This document shows, one piece after another, positions 1 to 9,025 of a DNA stretch of 64,000 bases (position 1 is its first letter; every line of letters starts with the position of its first letter). Made by a program: the position numbers and the translations under genes. The notes under the pieces were generated by a model. That model worked only from the letters and a program-made list of their open reading frames with translations. It was not told where the DNA came from and made no database searches. The DNA is from Alphaproteobacteria bacterium (GTDB lineage Bacteria; Pseudomonadota; Alphaproteobacteria; Bin95): NCBI GenBank assembly GCA_965202745.1, contig CBDBCB010000016.1, positions 28,262-92,261 on the forward strand, read 5' to 3'.

Positions 1-135
1 GCGGCCTCCGGCCCCGGCGGTCTGCACGCCCTGCGCCGTCTGCTGGCGCGGGCCTTCCTGCTGGCCCATGCGGAGGGGCGCGGGGAGATCACCACGGACG
101 ACATCCTGAGCGCCGCCGCCACGGCCGCCGACTGA
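1..135 (+). CDS. 3' end of an upstream gene (partial); possibly the C-terminus of a phage AAA+ helper protein
   Basis: Frame-1 ORF is open from the window edge to TGA at 133-135 (...GLHALRRLLARAFLLAHAEGRGEITTDDILSAAATAAD). The product guess is inference only. Confidence 0.3.
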   Translation, partial: AASGPGGLHALRRLLARAFLLAHAEGRGEITTDDILSAAATAAD

Positions 136-140
136 TCCGA

Positions 141-176
141 AATCCCCTGAAATCCCCTGAAACTCCCTGAAACCCC
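141..176. repeat. About 3.5 tandem copies of a 10-bp unit (AATCCCCTGA / AACTCCCTGA) ending at the DUF3164 start codon
   Basis: Read directly: aatcccctga aatcccctga aactccctga aacccc, then ATG at 177. Confidence 0.7.
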
Positions 177-879
177 ATGGAGAACCTGACCATGACCATG
201 CCACAGCCACAACAGCCCGACACTGCCCCCGCCACCGCTGCCCCTGACGCAAATGACGGGAGCGGCAACGGCGCGCGGGTTATTGTCGAGGGCGCGGCAT
301 ACCTGCGCGATGCACAGGGCCGCCTGACGCCGGAGGCGCTGGTGCGTCCGCAGGACCTGCTGCATGACGGGATGGTGCGCAGGACCGTCGCCTTCGCGGT
401 CGATCTGTCGGCGCAGATCACACGGTTCCGCGCCCATTGTTTCGACGATATCGCCGCGTTCGATGCGCTGCTGGAGGACGAGTATGGCGGCCATACCCGG
501 CGCTCGGTCAAGGGCAACCGCACCTATCTCAGCTATGATGGGACGATGAAGGCGCAGGTGCAGATCGCCGAGCGGGTGGCGTTCGGGCCGGAGATGCAGG
601 TGGCGCGCGATCTCGTGGACGAGTGCCTCGCCGAGTGGTCCAGGGACAGTGGCAACGAGATGCGCGCCATCGTTGGCCATGCCTTCCAGGTCGACCGCGA
701 GGGCCATCTACAGCCTGCTGCGGCTCGATATCGCCTATGCGCGCTGGCAGCGGGCGATGGCGGCCATCCGCGACGCCATGCGGGTGATGGGATCGAAAAC
801 CTATATCCGATGCTACCGGCGCGAGACGCCGGACGCGGCCTGGATACCGATCACCATCGATCTGGCAAAGGCGGGCTGA
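177..879 (+). pseudogene. Mu-like prophage DUF3164-family protein, apparently frameshifted near 690-705
   Basis: The N-terminal part (ORF 177..) has a DUF3164-like sequence (KGNRTYLSYDGTMKAQVQIAERVAFGPEMQVARDLVDECLAEW...AFQVDREG). The protein-like C-terminus continues in the +1 frame (IYSLLRLDIAYARWQRAMAAIRDAMRVMGSKTYIRCYRRE...LAKAG) and stops 4 nt before the next gene's start. Confidence 0.6.
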
Positions 880-882
880 GCG

Positions 883-1392
883 ATGGCGACGACCCCGACC
901 GCTGCGGCGCGCCGGCCCGGCCGCGCGCGTCTGATGCGCGCGGTCCATGCCGTGTGCCGCAAACTGGGTCTGGACGATGATGCCCGCCACGATGTTCAGG
1001 TCAGGCTCACCGGCAGGACATCGATGCGCGATATGGGAGTGCGCGAACTCGACCGCCTGCTCAGGCATCTGAACGGCCACACGGGGGCCGGACCGGGGGC
1101 GGGAGGCGCGGATGGCGGGCGCCGGCATGCCACAGCCCCGCGGGCCGATCTCCGTCTTGTCCACGCGCTCTGGGGCGAGCTGGGCCGCAGGGGGGCGCTC
1201 ACGCGTCCCGTCCGGGGCGGGCTGAACGCCTTCATCCGCGCCCGCTTCGGGCCGCACTGGGCATTTGTGCCGATGGATGTGGACGCGCTCACCGACACGG
1301 CCTGCATCACCGATGTGATCCGGGCGCTGAGGGCAATGCTGGCCCGCGCGGAGACGAGCGACAGCCCCGACGATGGAGGCTCGGTGACATGA
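883..1392 (+). CDS. gemA: GemA / Mu gp16-like protein (DUF1018)
   Basis: 169-aa ORF with a sequence typical of Mu gp16 (LRHLNG...LVHALWGELGRRGALTRPVRGGLNAFIRARFG). It sits in the Mu early-region position after DUF3164. Confidence 0.6.
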   Translation: MATTPTAAARRPGRARLMRAVHAVCRKLGLDDDARHDVQVRLTGRTSMRDMGVRELDRLLRHLNGHTGAGPGAGGADGGRRHATAPRADLRLVHALWGELGRRGALTRPVRGGLNAFIRARFGPHWAFVPMDVDALTDTACITDVIRALRAMLARAETSDSPDDGGSVT

Positions 1393-1498
1393 AAGCGCGC
1401 ATCCGTATCGCCGATCATGCGGTGCTGAACTGTCTGCATCGCGGCCCCGGTGTCGATGTTGCGGGGCTGCGGCGGCGCCTACGCGCAAAACCGCGGGG

Positions 1499-2281
1499 AT
1501 GTTCATGAGCCGCGCGCGGCCGGACCCACTGCTGATCCGCTGCGGCGATTGCCTGTCGCTGCTGCCGGAGCTGGTGCGCGGCGTCGGCCGCTTTGATCAC
1601 ATCATCACCGATCCGCCCTATGAGGACGTGCACCACGACCATCATGCCCGGGCCTCGATCCGGCGCAGCGACGGGCAGCCCGCGCCGCGCCGCGTCGGCT
1701 TTGACGGTATCGACGCGATCCGCGATCGGGCGGCGCTCGCGATGGTGCGCGCCGCCCGCGGCTGGGTGCTGGTCTTCTGTATCGCCGAGGGTGTGCGGGC
1801 GTGGCGGGATGCGCTGCAGGCTGCCGGGGCGCGCTGGCACGGCACGCTGGCCTGGGTCAAGCCGGACGCGGTGCCGCGCTTTGACGGCGCCGGCCCGGCG
1901 CGCGGATTCGAATGCATCGCCTGCGCCTGGGCAGGATCGGGGCGGCGGCGCTGGAACCGCGGCGGCGGGCGTGGTGTCTATACCTGCCTGACCGCGAAGG
2001 GGGGGCACGCGGCCGCCAAGCCGGAGAGGCTGATCACGGCGCTGGTGGGGGATTTCACGCGCGCCGGACAGGTGGTCTGCGACCCGTTCATGGGCTCCGG
2101 CACCACCGGGCTGGCCGCGCTGCGTCTCGGGCGGCGCTTTTGCGGCATTGAGACAGACCGGAAGACATTCGATACGGCCAGGGCACGGCTTGCGGCGGCG
2201 CGGCGCGCGCCGTCATTGCCGCTGCCGGAGCCGCCTGTTCCGCAGGCGAAATTCGGGCTGGATCCACCATGGGCGCGGTGA
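1499..2281 (+). CDS. Phage DNA methyltransferase (N6-adenine/N4-cytosine class)
   Basis: DPPY catalytic motif (HIITDPPYEDV) and a C-terminal AdoMet motif (DPFMGSGTTGLAALRLGRRFCGIE). Confidence 0.7.
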   Translation: MFMSRARPDPLLIRCGDCLSLLPELVRGVGRFDHIITDPPYEDVHHDHHARASIRRSDGQPAPRRVGFDGIDAIRDRAALAMVRAARGWVLVFCIAEGVRAWRDALQAAGARWHGTLAWVKPDAVPRFDGAGPARGFECIACAWAGSGRRRWNRGGGRGVYTCLTAKGGHAAAKPERLITALVGDFTRAGQVVCDPFMGSGTTGLAALRLGRRFCGIETDRKTFDTARARLAAARRAPSLPLPEPPVPQAKFGLDPPWAR

Positions 2282-2628
2282 CGGGCAAACAGGTGCCCCT
2301 GCCCGGCATTCTCGCGGATATCGAGCGGATCGCGGGTCGCGAGGCGGCGCTGATGATCGCGGTGGCGCATGGCGGGCATGGTGAGTTCTACGTGCCCCGC
2401 CACCCCGCGGGCGCACGGGGGCAGGCCCTGGCGGACGTGGTGGGGCCAGCGGCCGCGGCGCGGATCATGCAGGTCATGGGCGGCGAGGCCGTCAGCGTGC
2501 CGCTGGCCCGCCGGGCGGTGGTGCAATGGCTCTGCGCCGGGGGCATGACATCGACGGAGATCGCAGATCGATTGCGTATCACCCGGCGCACCGCACGGCG
2601 CTACATCAGGGCGGCGAGAGACACCTGA
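2269..2628 (+). CDS. mor: Mor-family transcriptional activator (Mu middle-operon regulator)
   Basis: 119 aa with a C-terminal HTH (GGMTSTEIADRLRITRRTARRYI). Size and position between the MTase and lysis/packaging genes match Mor. Confidence 0.65.
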   Translation: MGAVTGKQVPLPGILADIERIAGREAALMIAVAHGGHGEFYVPRHPAGARGQALADVVGPAAAARIMQVMGGEAVSVPLARRAVVQWLCAGGMTSTEIADRLRITRRTARRYIRAARDT

Positions 2629-2669
2629 CGATCAACGGCTTCCGTGAAATCGAACAGACCCGATGACGG

Positions 2670-3185
2670 GTGATGATGGAGTCGATGGAAATGCCGATCA
2701 GGCCTGGGAACCGCGACCGGTATCCGCCCGACTGGGCAGCGATATCCGGACGCGTGCGCCGCGGGGCCGGCAATTGCTGCGAGCGCTGCGGTGTCACGAA
2801 CGGCGCGATGATCCGACGCGGACATGTTCGGGGCGTGACGGCGGTCTGGCGTCCGGCAAACGCTGCGGACGACGTGGACGGGTTCTGCGCCGAAACAGGC
2901 AATCCGATGCCGGGGACCGCGGTGCAGTGGGGCAAACCTGTCCGGATCGTGCTGACCGTCGCGCATCTGGATCATCGGCCCGAAAACTGTTGTTCCGACA
3001 AACTCCGCGCCTGGTGCCAGCGCTGCCACAACCGCCATGACGCGCCCATGCGGCACGCGGGCATTGTCGCGCGCAGGCGGGCGGCGCGGGCGATCGGTGA
3101 TCTTTTCGGGGACGCCGGGGACACCCCTCCCACGGACCCTCTGCCGGACCATGGTCCGCTACCCCGGCGCGGCGGGTCCGGGTAA
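2670..3185 (+). CDS. HNH endonuclease
   Basis: CERCG...VAHLDHRPENCCSDKLRAWCQRCHNRHD zinc-finger/HNH motif. Confidence 0.65.
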   Translation: MMMESMEMPIRPGNRDRYPPDWAAISGRVRRGAGNCCERCGVTNGAMIRRGHVRGVTAVWRPANAADDVDGFCAETGNPMPGTAVQWGKPVRIVLTVAHLDHRPENCCSDKLRAWCQRCHNRHDAPMRHAGIVARRRAARAIGDLFGDAGDTPPTDPLPDHGPLPRRGGSG

Positions 3186-3216
3186 TATACCCGCAACCGC
3201 AGCCTGGAGCCCGCCG

Positions 3217-3585
3217 ATGATCCCGACGCCCGAGGACTGGCAGAGTTTTGCCGGCATCACCGCCATTGTGATCCTGCTGGGCGGGGTCGTGGTGGCCCTG
3301 CGCCGCCTCGGGCTTCTGCCCGGAGCTTCCCCCGCAGCATCCCGGCCCGTGTCAGAGGTCGCACAGCGGCTGGACCGGCACGAGGGTCGCATTGCGGGCC
3401 TGGAGCAGGCCGTGTCCGGACTGGCCAGCCGCGAGGACATGCACCGGCTTCAGGTGGCGATCGAGCAGCAGGCGGGGTCCATTCACGAACTGCGCGCGCT
3501 CATGGAGCGCGATGCCCTGGCCGTGACGCGGCTTTCCAGCGCCATCACCCGCATCGAGGACCATCTGCTGGGAGACAGGCCATGA
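3217..3585 (+). CDS. Phage membrane protein: N-terminal TM helix plus coiled coil (i-spanin/Rz-like or Mu gp25-like)
   Basis: ATG at 3217 preceded by GGAG. A hydrophobic helix (FAGITAIVILLGGVVVAL) is followed by a heptad-like region (LDRHEGRIAGLEQAVSGLASREDMHRLQVAIEQQAGSIHELRALMERD). Confidence 0.45.
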   Translation: MIPTPEDWQSFAGITAIVILLGGVVVALRRLGLLPGASPAASRPVSEVAQRLDRHEGRIAGLEQAVSGLASREDMHRLQVAIEQQAGSIHELRALMERDALAVTRLSSAITRIEDHLLGDRP

Positions 3586-3881
3586 GCTACGAGACCACAC
3601 TGGAGGCCCACCGCCGTCTGGCGGTCCTGACGCATCTGGCGGAGTGTCTGGACTATGCATCCAATTCCGAGATCCTGCTCGACGTCTGCAACGGGCTCGG
3701 CATCACCACAAGCCGCGACCGGATGATCGGCACGCTGGCCTGACTGCGCGAGGCCGGTCTCCTGGCGACCGGGGATCACGACGGCTTCCTGATCGTCGAG
3801 GCCAGCGCGCGCGGGGTGGACGTGGCGAGCGGTCGCGCCCGGGATCCCGGTGTCAGGCGGCCCGCGCCAGGGCAGCGCTGA
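3585..3881 (+). pseudogene. Small phage protein (winged-helix-like), interrupted by an in-frame TGA at 3741-3743
   Basis: ATG at 3585. The same frame reads MSYETTLEAHRRLAVLTHLAECLDYASNSEILLDVCNGLGITTSRDRMIGTLA*LREAGLLATGDHDGFLIVEASARGVDVASGR... up to TGA at 3879-3881. The stop lies where ...LAWLREAGL would be expected. Confidence 0.35.
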
Positions 3882-3882
3882 G

Positions 3883-4122
3883 ATGCCGCGTCGGCGCCGG
3901 ATCGACCTGCTGCCAGAGGCGTTGCGCTCGTGGCTTCAGGAAGAGCTCAGGGCGCGCGGTTTTGCCGACTATGATGCAGTGACGGATGCGCTGAACGCCC
4001 GGCTCGAGGCCGGGGGGCTGGAGTTGCGCATCGGCCGGTCAGCCGTGCATGCCTATGGCCGGGAGTTCAAGGCGTTCGCGGTCATGCAGGATCAGGCGCA
4101 GGACGAGATCCGCGCGGCATGA
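3883..4122 (+). CDS. DUF3486 protein (Mu gp27-like, putative small terminase subunit)
   Basis: MPRRRRIDLLPEALRSWLQEELRARGFADYDAVTDALNARLEAGGLELRIGRSAVHAYGREF matches the DUF3486 consensus. It lies directly upstream of the large terminase. Confidence 0.6.
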   Translation: MPRRRRIDLLPEALRSWLQEELRARGFADYDAVTDALNARLEAGGLELRIGRSAVHAYGREFKAFAVMQDQAQDEIRAA

Positions 4123-4292
4123 AGGATCTGAGCACGGCGCTGAACGCCCTCATCCGATCAACGAGTCTGCGGCGCGGCATTCTGGCGGGAGCCGGGGAGC
4201 GCGCTGAACAGGCCGCTGTCAGAGCCGGTCTGAGCCCAGAGACCAGCGCGCGGCTGCGCGCCCGGGTCGAGGGCACCGGAGACGCGGCGTGA
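4119..4292 (+). CDS. 57-aa ORF between DUF3486 and TerL; could be the shifted C-terminal part of the gp27-like protein
   Basis: ATG at 4119 overlaps the DUF3486 stop, and the ORF ends in GTGA overlapping the TerL start. Its frame differs from the DUF3486 frame. Confidence 0.25.
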   Translation: MKDLSTALNALIRSTSLRRGILAGAGERAEQAAVRAGLSPETSARLRARVEGTGDAA

Positions 4293-5642
4293 CGTGGAGC
4301 CTGCTGCCCTATCAGCGCGCCTGGATCAGGGAGACCGCGCCGCTGGCGGTGATCGAGAAATCCCGCCACATCGGCATCTCCTGGGCCGAGGCCTATCACG
4401 CGGTCATGCACGCCGCCGACGATCGCGGCGACGTCTATTATCAGTCCTATGACCGGGACATGACGCGCGGATTTATCGAGGATTGCGCCGGGTGGATCGA
4501 GGGGCTCGATGTCTCCGCCCGCCAGGTCGGCGAACCAATTCTGGACAATGACGGGCGTGACATCCAGGTGTTTCGCATCAATTTCGCCAGCGGACGCAGG
4601 ATAATCGCCATGACATCCAGCCCGCGCGGGTTCCGGAGCAAGGGGCGTCCCGGCGATCTCGCGATCGTCGATGAGGCGGCGTTCGTGGACAATATCGACG
4701 CGGTGCTGAAGGCGGCTCTCGCGTTTACCAATTGGGGCGGCCGGGTCCGGATCATCTCGACCCACAATGGCGAGGGCAATGCGTTCAACACCCTGCTGCG
4801 CGATATCCGCGACGGCCGGAAACCCGGTGTCGTGCACCGCGTGACGCTGCGCGAGGCCCTCGATCAGGGTCTCTATTCCCGCATCGCCACGGTCACCGGC
4901 CAGCCCGACACGCCCGGGGCCGCCGCGGCATGGGAGGCGGCGATCCGCGCCCAGCATGGCCATCACGCGGCCGAGGAACTCGACTGCATCCCCTCGGCCG
5001 GCGGCGGGGCCTGGATAACCTTCAATCTGATCCGCGGGGCCGGTCTGGATTGGCGTGGACGTCGCGCGCCGCCGCGATCTCTGGGTCGCCGCCGTGATCG
5101 AGGAAAGCACCGGCACCCTGTGGCTGCGCGAGATCACCACGCTGCGCGATGCGCCGTTTTCCGAACAGCGCGCCGAGATACGCAGGCTGGCCGCGCTCCA
5201 CCGCCCGCTGCGTATCGTGGTCGACCAGACCGGCATGGGCGAGGCGGTGGTGGAACAGCTTCAGGAGGACCACGGGAGCCTGACCGTCGAGGGCGTGCTG
5301 ATGACGGCACCCCGGCGTCTCGATGTGGCCAGCGGTCTGCGCGAGGCCTTCGAGGACCGGTGCATCCGCATCCCCCCCGACGAGGCGCTGCGGGCCGATC
5401 TGCACAGCGTGCGTGCCGAGCCCGGCGGCACCGGCGCGCCGCGGCTTGTCGCCGACCGCTTCTGGGCCATGGCGCTGGCGGTGCTGGGGTCCAATTCGAC
5501 AGCCGGACCGTTCAGGGCGAGAGTTGCGGGCACGCCGTCGCCTGTGCGTGCGGCCTGGGGCGGGCGTCCCGGCTATGAAATCGACCCGGCGGCGGGCATG
5601 GTGCGCTCCCCGCTTGATCCCATACGGTCCTGGAGGATGTAG
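4289..5642 (+). pseudogene. Terminase large subunit (Mu gp28-like), +1 frameshift at a G-run (5036-5039)
   Basis: The N-terminal ATPase part is in frame 2 (LLPYQRAWIRE...IEKSRHIGISWAEA...DLAIVDEAAFV). The nuclease part is in frame 0 (WIGVDVARRRDLWVAAVIEE...RIVVDQTGMGEAV). The join is at cgcggggcc. Confidence 0.7.
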
Positions 5643-5645
5643 AAC

Positions 5646-7087
5646 ATGGACAGTGACACACAGCCCGCGCGGCCCGAGGCGGGCGAGATCACCCCTCCCG
5701 CGCTGACCCTGCAGACAGGCCGCGGGGGTGTGTGGGACCAGACCCGGGCCTGGATGGACGAACTGACATCCGATCCGCGTATACTGCGCGACGGGCGCGG
5801 CAGTGCGCGGCTTCTGGAGGTCACACTCGGCGACCCCAAGGTGCGCGCCTGTCTGGGACAGCGCCTCGATGCGGGCACCGCCGCACCGCTGGAGGTCAAG
5901 CCGGGCGGGCGCATGCGGCGCGACCGCCAGGCCGCGGAGGATCTCGACGGGCAAATGGCCTGCCTCGAGATCGACTGCATCACACGCGAGCTGCTGCACG
6001 GGATCTGGTTCGGCTATGCGATCGCCGAGTGTATCTGGGAGATCGACGGGGGCCGGGTGCGGCTGGCCGATCTGCGGGTGCGCAGCCCCGAGGTGATCCG
6101 CTGGGATCCCATCACCCATGAGCCGCTGCTGCTGACCCGGCAGACCCCTGCGGGCCAGCCGCTGCCGCCCGCCAAATTCGTGCTGCTGACCGCGCCGCGC
6201 ATCCATGGCGGGCAACCGCATGGGCCCGGAATCGGCAACTGGTGTTTCTGGCCGGTCTGGCTCAAGCGCTTCGCCTGCTCCTCCTGGGCCACTGCGCTGG
6301 AGCGTTTCGGCACGCCGATTGCCACGGCGACAGTGCGCAACCGGACCGGCGAGGAGGCGCAGGCCAAGATGCGCGAGGCCCTTACCGCGCTGGCCGCGCT
6401 GGCTTCGGGAACGTCGCTCGTGCTGCCCGAGGGGATCGAAATCGACGTGCTCGAAAGCGCCCACCGCGCCGGTGGAGACTACGGGATCTTCATCCGCGAC
6501 ATGGACCGCATGATTGCCGATGCGGTGATCGGCCAGCACGGCACCGCCGAGATCGGCCCGCATGTGGGTACCGGCGAGGTTCACATGAAGATCCTGAACG
6601 GCTGGTCACCGCCGACGCGCGCCGCTGCGCCGCGAGACCGCCCCATATCGCGCGCGCCTCCGGCATGCGCCCGGCGCAGGATTACATAGAGGACGTCTAT
6701 GGCGGTTCATGGGAGGATGCGCCCCCTCCGGCCATGCCACCCGCCGTGCCCGGGTCGGACGACCCGCCGGCGGCGATGGGCGCACCGCGCCATGCGCTTG
6801 CCGGCCCGCCGACACCACCGACCCCGATTGACGCACTCGTCAACCATCTGATTGGGGAAAACATCGCCTCGGCCGCCGCCGCCCCCCTGACCGCATCCGT
6901 CGAGGCGGCTCTGGCGGAAGCCACCTCGATCGGGGACCTGCGTGCCCGCCTCGACACGATCGGGCAGACCCCGCCGTCCGCCGCCCTTGCCACGCTCGTC
7001 GGGCGGGCCGATTTCGCGGCCGGTCTCGCCGGGGTCACCGACGTTCCGCTGGTGGGGGAACCGGACGGGGCCGACGGGGATGGCTGA
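5646..7087 (+). pseudogene. Portal protein (DUF935, Mu gp29-like), frameshift near 6590-6610
   Basis: 347-aa N-terminal part in frame 0. The C-terminal part (LVTADARRC...DYIEDVYGGSWEDAPP...IDALVNHLIGENIA...TLVGRADFAAGLAGVTDV) is in frame 2 and ends at TGA 7085-7087, overlapping the F start. Confidence 0.7.
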
Positions 7088-8489
7088 ACCGTTCGACCCC
7101 GCGCCCGCCGTCACCCCGGTGTCCGTGACGCCGCAGGAGGCGCTGCAATATTTCCGCAGCAAGGGGTTCGCCCCGCCCGGGAGCCGGTTCTCCTGGACAG
7201 ACTGGTGGGGGGCCTCCCACGCCCGCGGCTTTGTCGTCGCCAAGGCCATGCAGGACGATCTGCTGCGCGACATCCGGGACACGCTGGATCGTGCGCTTGC
7301 CGAAGGCAGCACGATTGCGCAGTTCCGCGACGGGCTCGAGCCCGTCCTGCGCGCCAAAAGCTGGTGGGGCAAGAGGACACTCACCGACCCGCTGACCGGA
7401 GAGACCCGCGAGGTGCAGCTGGGCTCGGCCCGCCGCCTGCGGGTCATCCTCGACACCAACATGCGCACCGCCTACGCGGCCGGCCGGTGGGTCCGCATCC
7501 GGCGCACAGGGGCCGTACTGCCCTTTCTGCAGTATATTCAGCTGCAACGTGTCAGTGCGCGCGAGGCGCACGAACCCTTCCACAGGCTGGTGGTCCCCGT
7601 GGATCACCCGTGGTGGGCCACGCACTTCCCGCCCAACGGCTATTTCTGCGCCTGCCTGACCCGGCAGCTGTCCGGAGCAGCCGTCAAAAGGCGCGGGCTG
7701 ACCGTGACCACCGATCCACCTGTGGATACGGTGCCCTGGACCGACAGGCGCAACGGACGAACCGTGGATGTTCCCGCCGGTATCGACCCCGGCTTCGCAA
7801 GCAACCCCGGCGCGGTCTTTCTCGCCGACCAGGGCCACCTTGACCGCATTGCCGACGATCTCACACCGCAGGCGCGCGGCGTGGAGCTGAGGCTGATCAA
7901 CGAGGCCCGCTCCCGCGGCCTGCGCACCGGCACCGGACATCTCGCCGCCATGGAACTGGACCCGGACCAGCCCCTGACCGAAGGCGGGGTCGAGAGCGTT
8001 GCACCGGTCGGGTGGGTGAGCGGAACCGGGGACGGGGTCAATCCGGACGACGCACTCGGGACAGCCATCGCCGATCCGAACCGCCGGATCGGCGTGATCC
8101 GCAATCACCCGGACTCCCGCGCTCTCTCTCCGCAGGACCTCACCTCCCTCGGGCAGGATCCCGGCCTCGTGCGCGTGGTGGCCGTGGGCCATGATGGCTC
8201 GCTCTACCGCGCCACCAGGCCGCAATCAGGACTGGGTGACGTTACCGGGGCTCTCCATGCGATGTCCGATACCCTCGTCAGTGAGGCGGCCGCGGATACG
8301 GGACTGGATCAGGCCGCTGTGCGCAGGCTGGCTGCCCATGCCTCCGCCAGCGCGCTGGACCGCGCCGGCTACCTGGATTATGCCCACGCCATTGCGGGCG
8401 GCAGCAGGCTGGCCCTCGACCGCCTCGGTGAGCAGGCGATGGACAGGATCATCGATCGGCTGGTGCAATGGCTGGCACGGCAATCATGA
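7080..8489 (+). CDS. Mu F-like head morphogenesis protein (gp30 family)
   Basis: The start ATGGCTGA overlaps the portal stop. The sequence is F-protein-like (FRSKGFAPPGSRFSWTDWWGASHARGFVVAKAMQDDLLRDIRDTLDRALAEG...). Confidence 0.7.
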   Translation: MAEPFDPAPAVTPVSVTPQEALQYFRSKGFAPPGSRFSWTDWWGASHARGFVVAKAMQDDLLRDIRDTLDRALAEGSTIAQFRDGLEPVLRAKSWWGKRTLTDPLTGETREVQLGSARRLRVILDTNMRTAYAAGRWVRIRRTGAVLPFLQYIQLQRVSAREAHEPFHRLVVPVDHPWWATHFPPNGYFCACLTRQLSGAAVKRRGLTVTTDPPVDTVPWTDRRNGRTVDVPAGIDPGFASNPGAVFLADQGHLDRIADDLTPQARGVELRLINEARSRGLRTGTGHLAAMELDPDQPLTEGGVESVAPVGWVSGTGDGVNPDDALGTAIADPNRRIGVIRNHPDSRALSPQDLTSLGQDPGLVRVVAVGHDGSLYRATRPQSGLGDVTGALHAMSDTLVSEAAADTGLDQAAVRRLAAHASASALDRAGYLDYAHAIAGGSRLALDRLGEQAMDRIIDRLVQWLARQS

Positions 8490-8653
8490 CGCGCCCGATC
8501 TCCGCCCGCCATGCCGATGGCAATCTCACCGGATATCTCGAAAACGGCCTTGCCGCACGATTGCAAGCCCGTTGCAAGGCCGCTTTCGGGCTTCGACAGA
8601 CAATCCAACCAATACCGATTGAAAACCCCTGTAAACAAGCCGTTTGAGCGATC

Positions 8654-9025
8654 TCATCCGGCATAGTCCGGATTAACCATTCTTTCTGTCGTCCCACACA
8701 TGGGAATCGCCGTCCGCACCGGCTCCTGATCAGGATGCCCGGTCAGCGACATGAACCCGCTCTCCGCCTGCGCCACCGGATCATAGCCAAGCCGCTTCTG
8801 AAATGGCCCTGTCCGGCCATAGGCTGAGGTTGAGCAATAAATCAGGTCTGGCCGATTAACACTCTCATAATCGAGGGGAAACTTGGTCATGACTCCCGTC
8901 GAGAAATTCTCGATCACCACATCTGCACCCAGGTCGGCCAGGTGCATGGAGGCCAGCGGCCCAGCGATCACCCGGCTGAAATCGGCAACATGTATGCCTT
9001 TCAGCGGTCCCTCCGATGCACTCAC
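8654..9025 (-). pseudogene. Family-III CoA-transferase fragment (N-terminal 123 aa; internal deletion and 3' truncation)
   Basis: LKGIHVADFSRVIAGPLASMHLADLGADVV-IENF... aligns to the N-terminus of the adjacent full-length paralogue. About 60 aa are missing after ADLGADVV, and everything after the GYDPVAQAESG region is absent. Confidence 0.6.

Larger units (their letters stand above)
1..8489. mobile_element. Mu-like transposable-phage prophage remnant (early/middle/packaging module only; left edge lies outside the window; no head or tail genes after the F protein)
   Basis: Contiguous Mu-like gene order on one strand: DUF3164, GemA/gp16, MTase, Mor, HNH, spanin-like, DUF3486, TerL, portal DUF935, F. 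Genes are tightly packed or overlapping. The block ends abruptly at 8489 next to a truncated host gene. Confidence 0.6.

Noticed and set aside
1390-1509. 39-aa ORF between GemA and the methyltransferase (MKARIRIADHAVLNCLHRGPGVDVAGLRRRLRAKPRGCS)
   Set aside because: It is too short and lacks features to call. It may be a real small Mu early-region gene or just a frame artefact, so I did not list it as a feature.
5022-6584. Large antisense ORFs, for example 5022-6584(-) 520 aa, 31270-32685(-) 471 aa, 53640-54941(-) 433 aa, 16568-17653(-) 361 aa and 15767-16549(-)
   Set aside because: They lie opposite well-supported genes (terminase/portal, purB, sdhA, acs). Their translations are low-complexity Arg/Gly/Ala-rich, typical of stop-codon-poor antisense frames in high-GC DNA.
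8191-8622. ORF 8191-8622 (+) overlapping the F gene 3' end and the prophage/host junction
   Set aside because: Its translation is Pro/Arg/Trp-rich and out of frame with the F protein. It is not protein-like.
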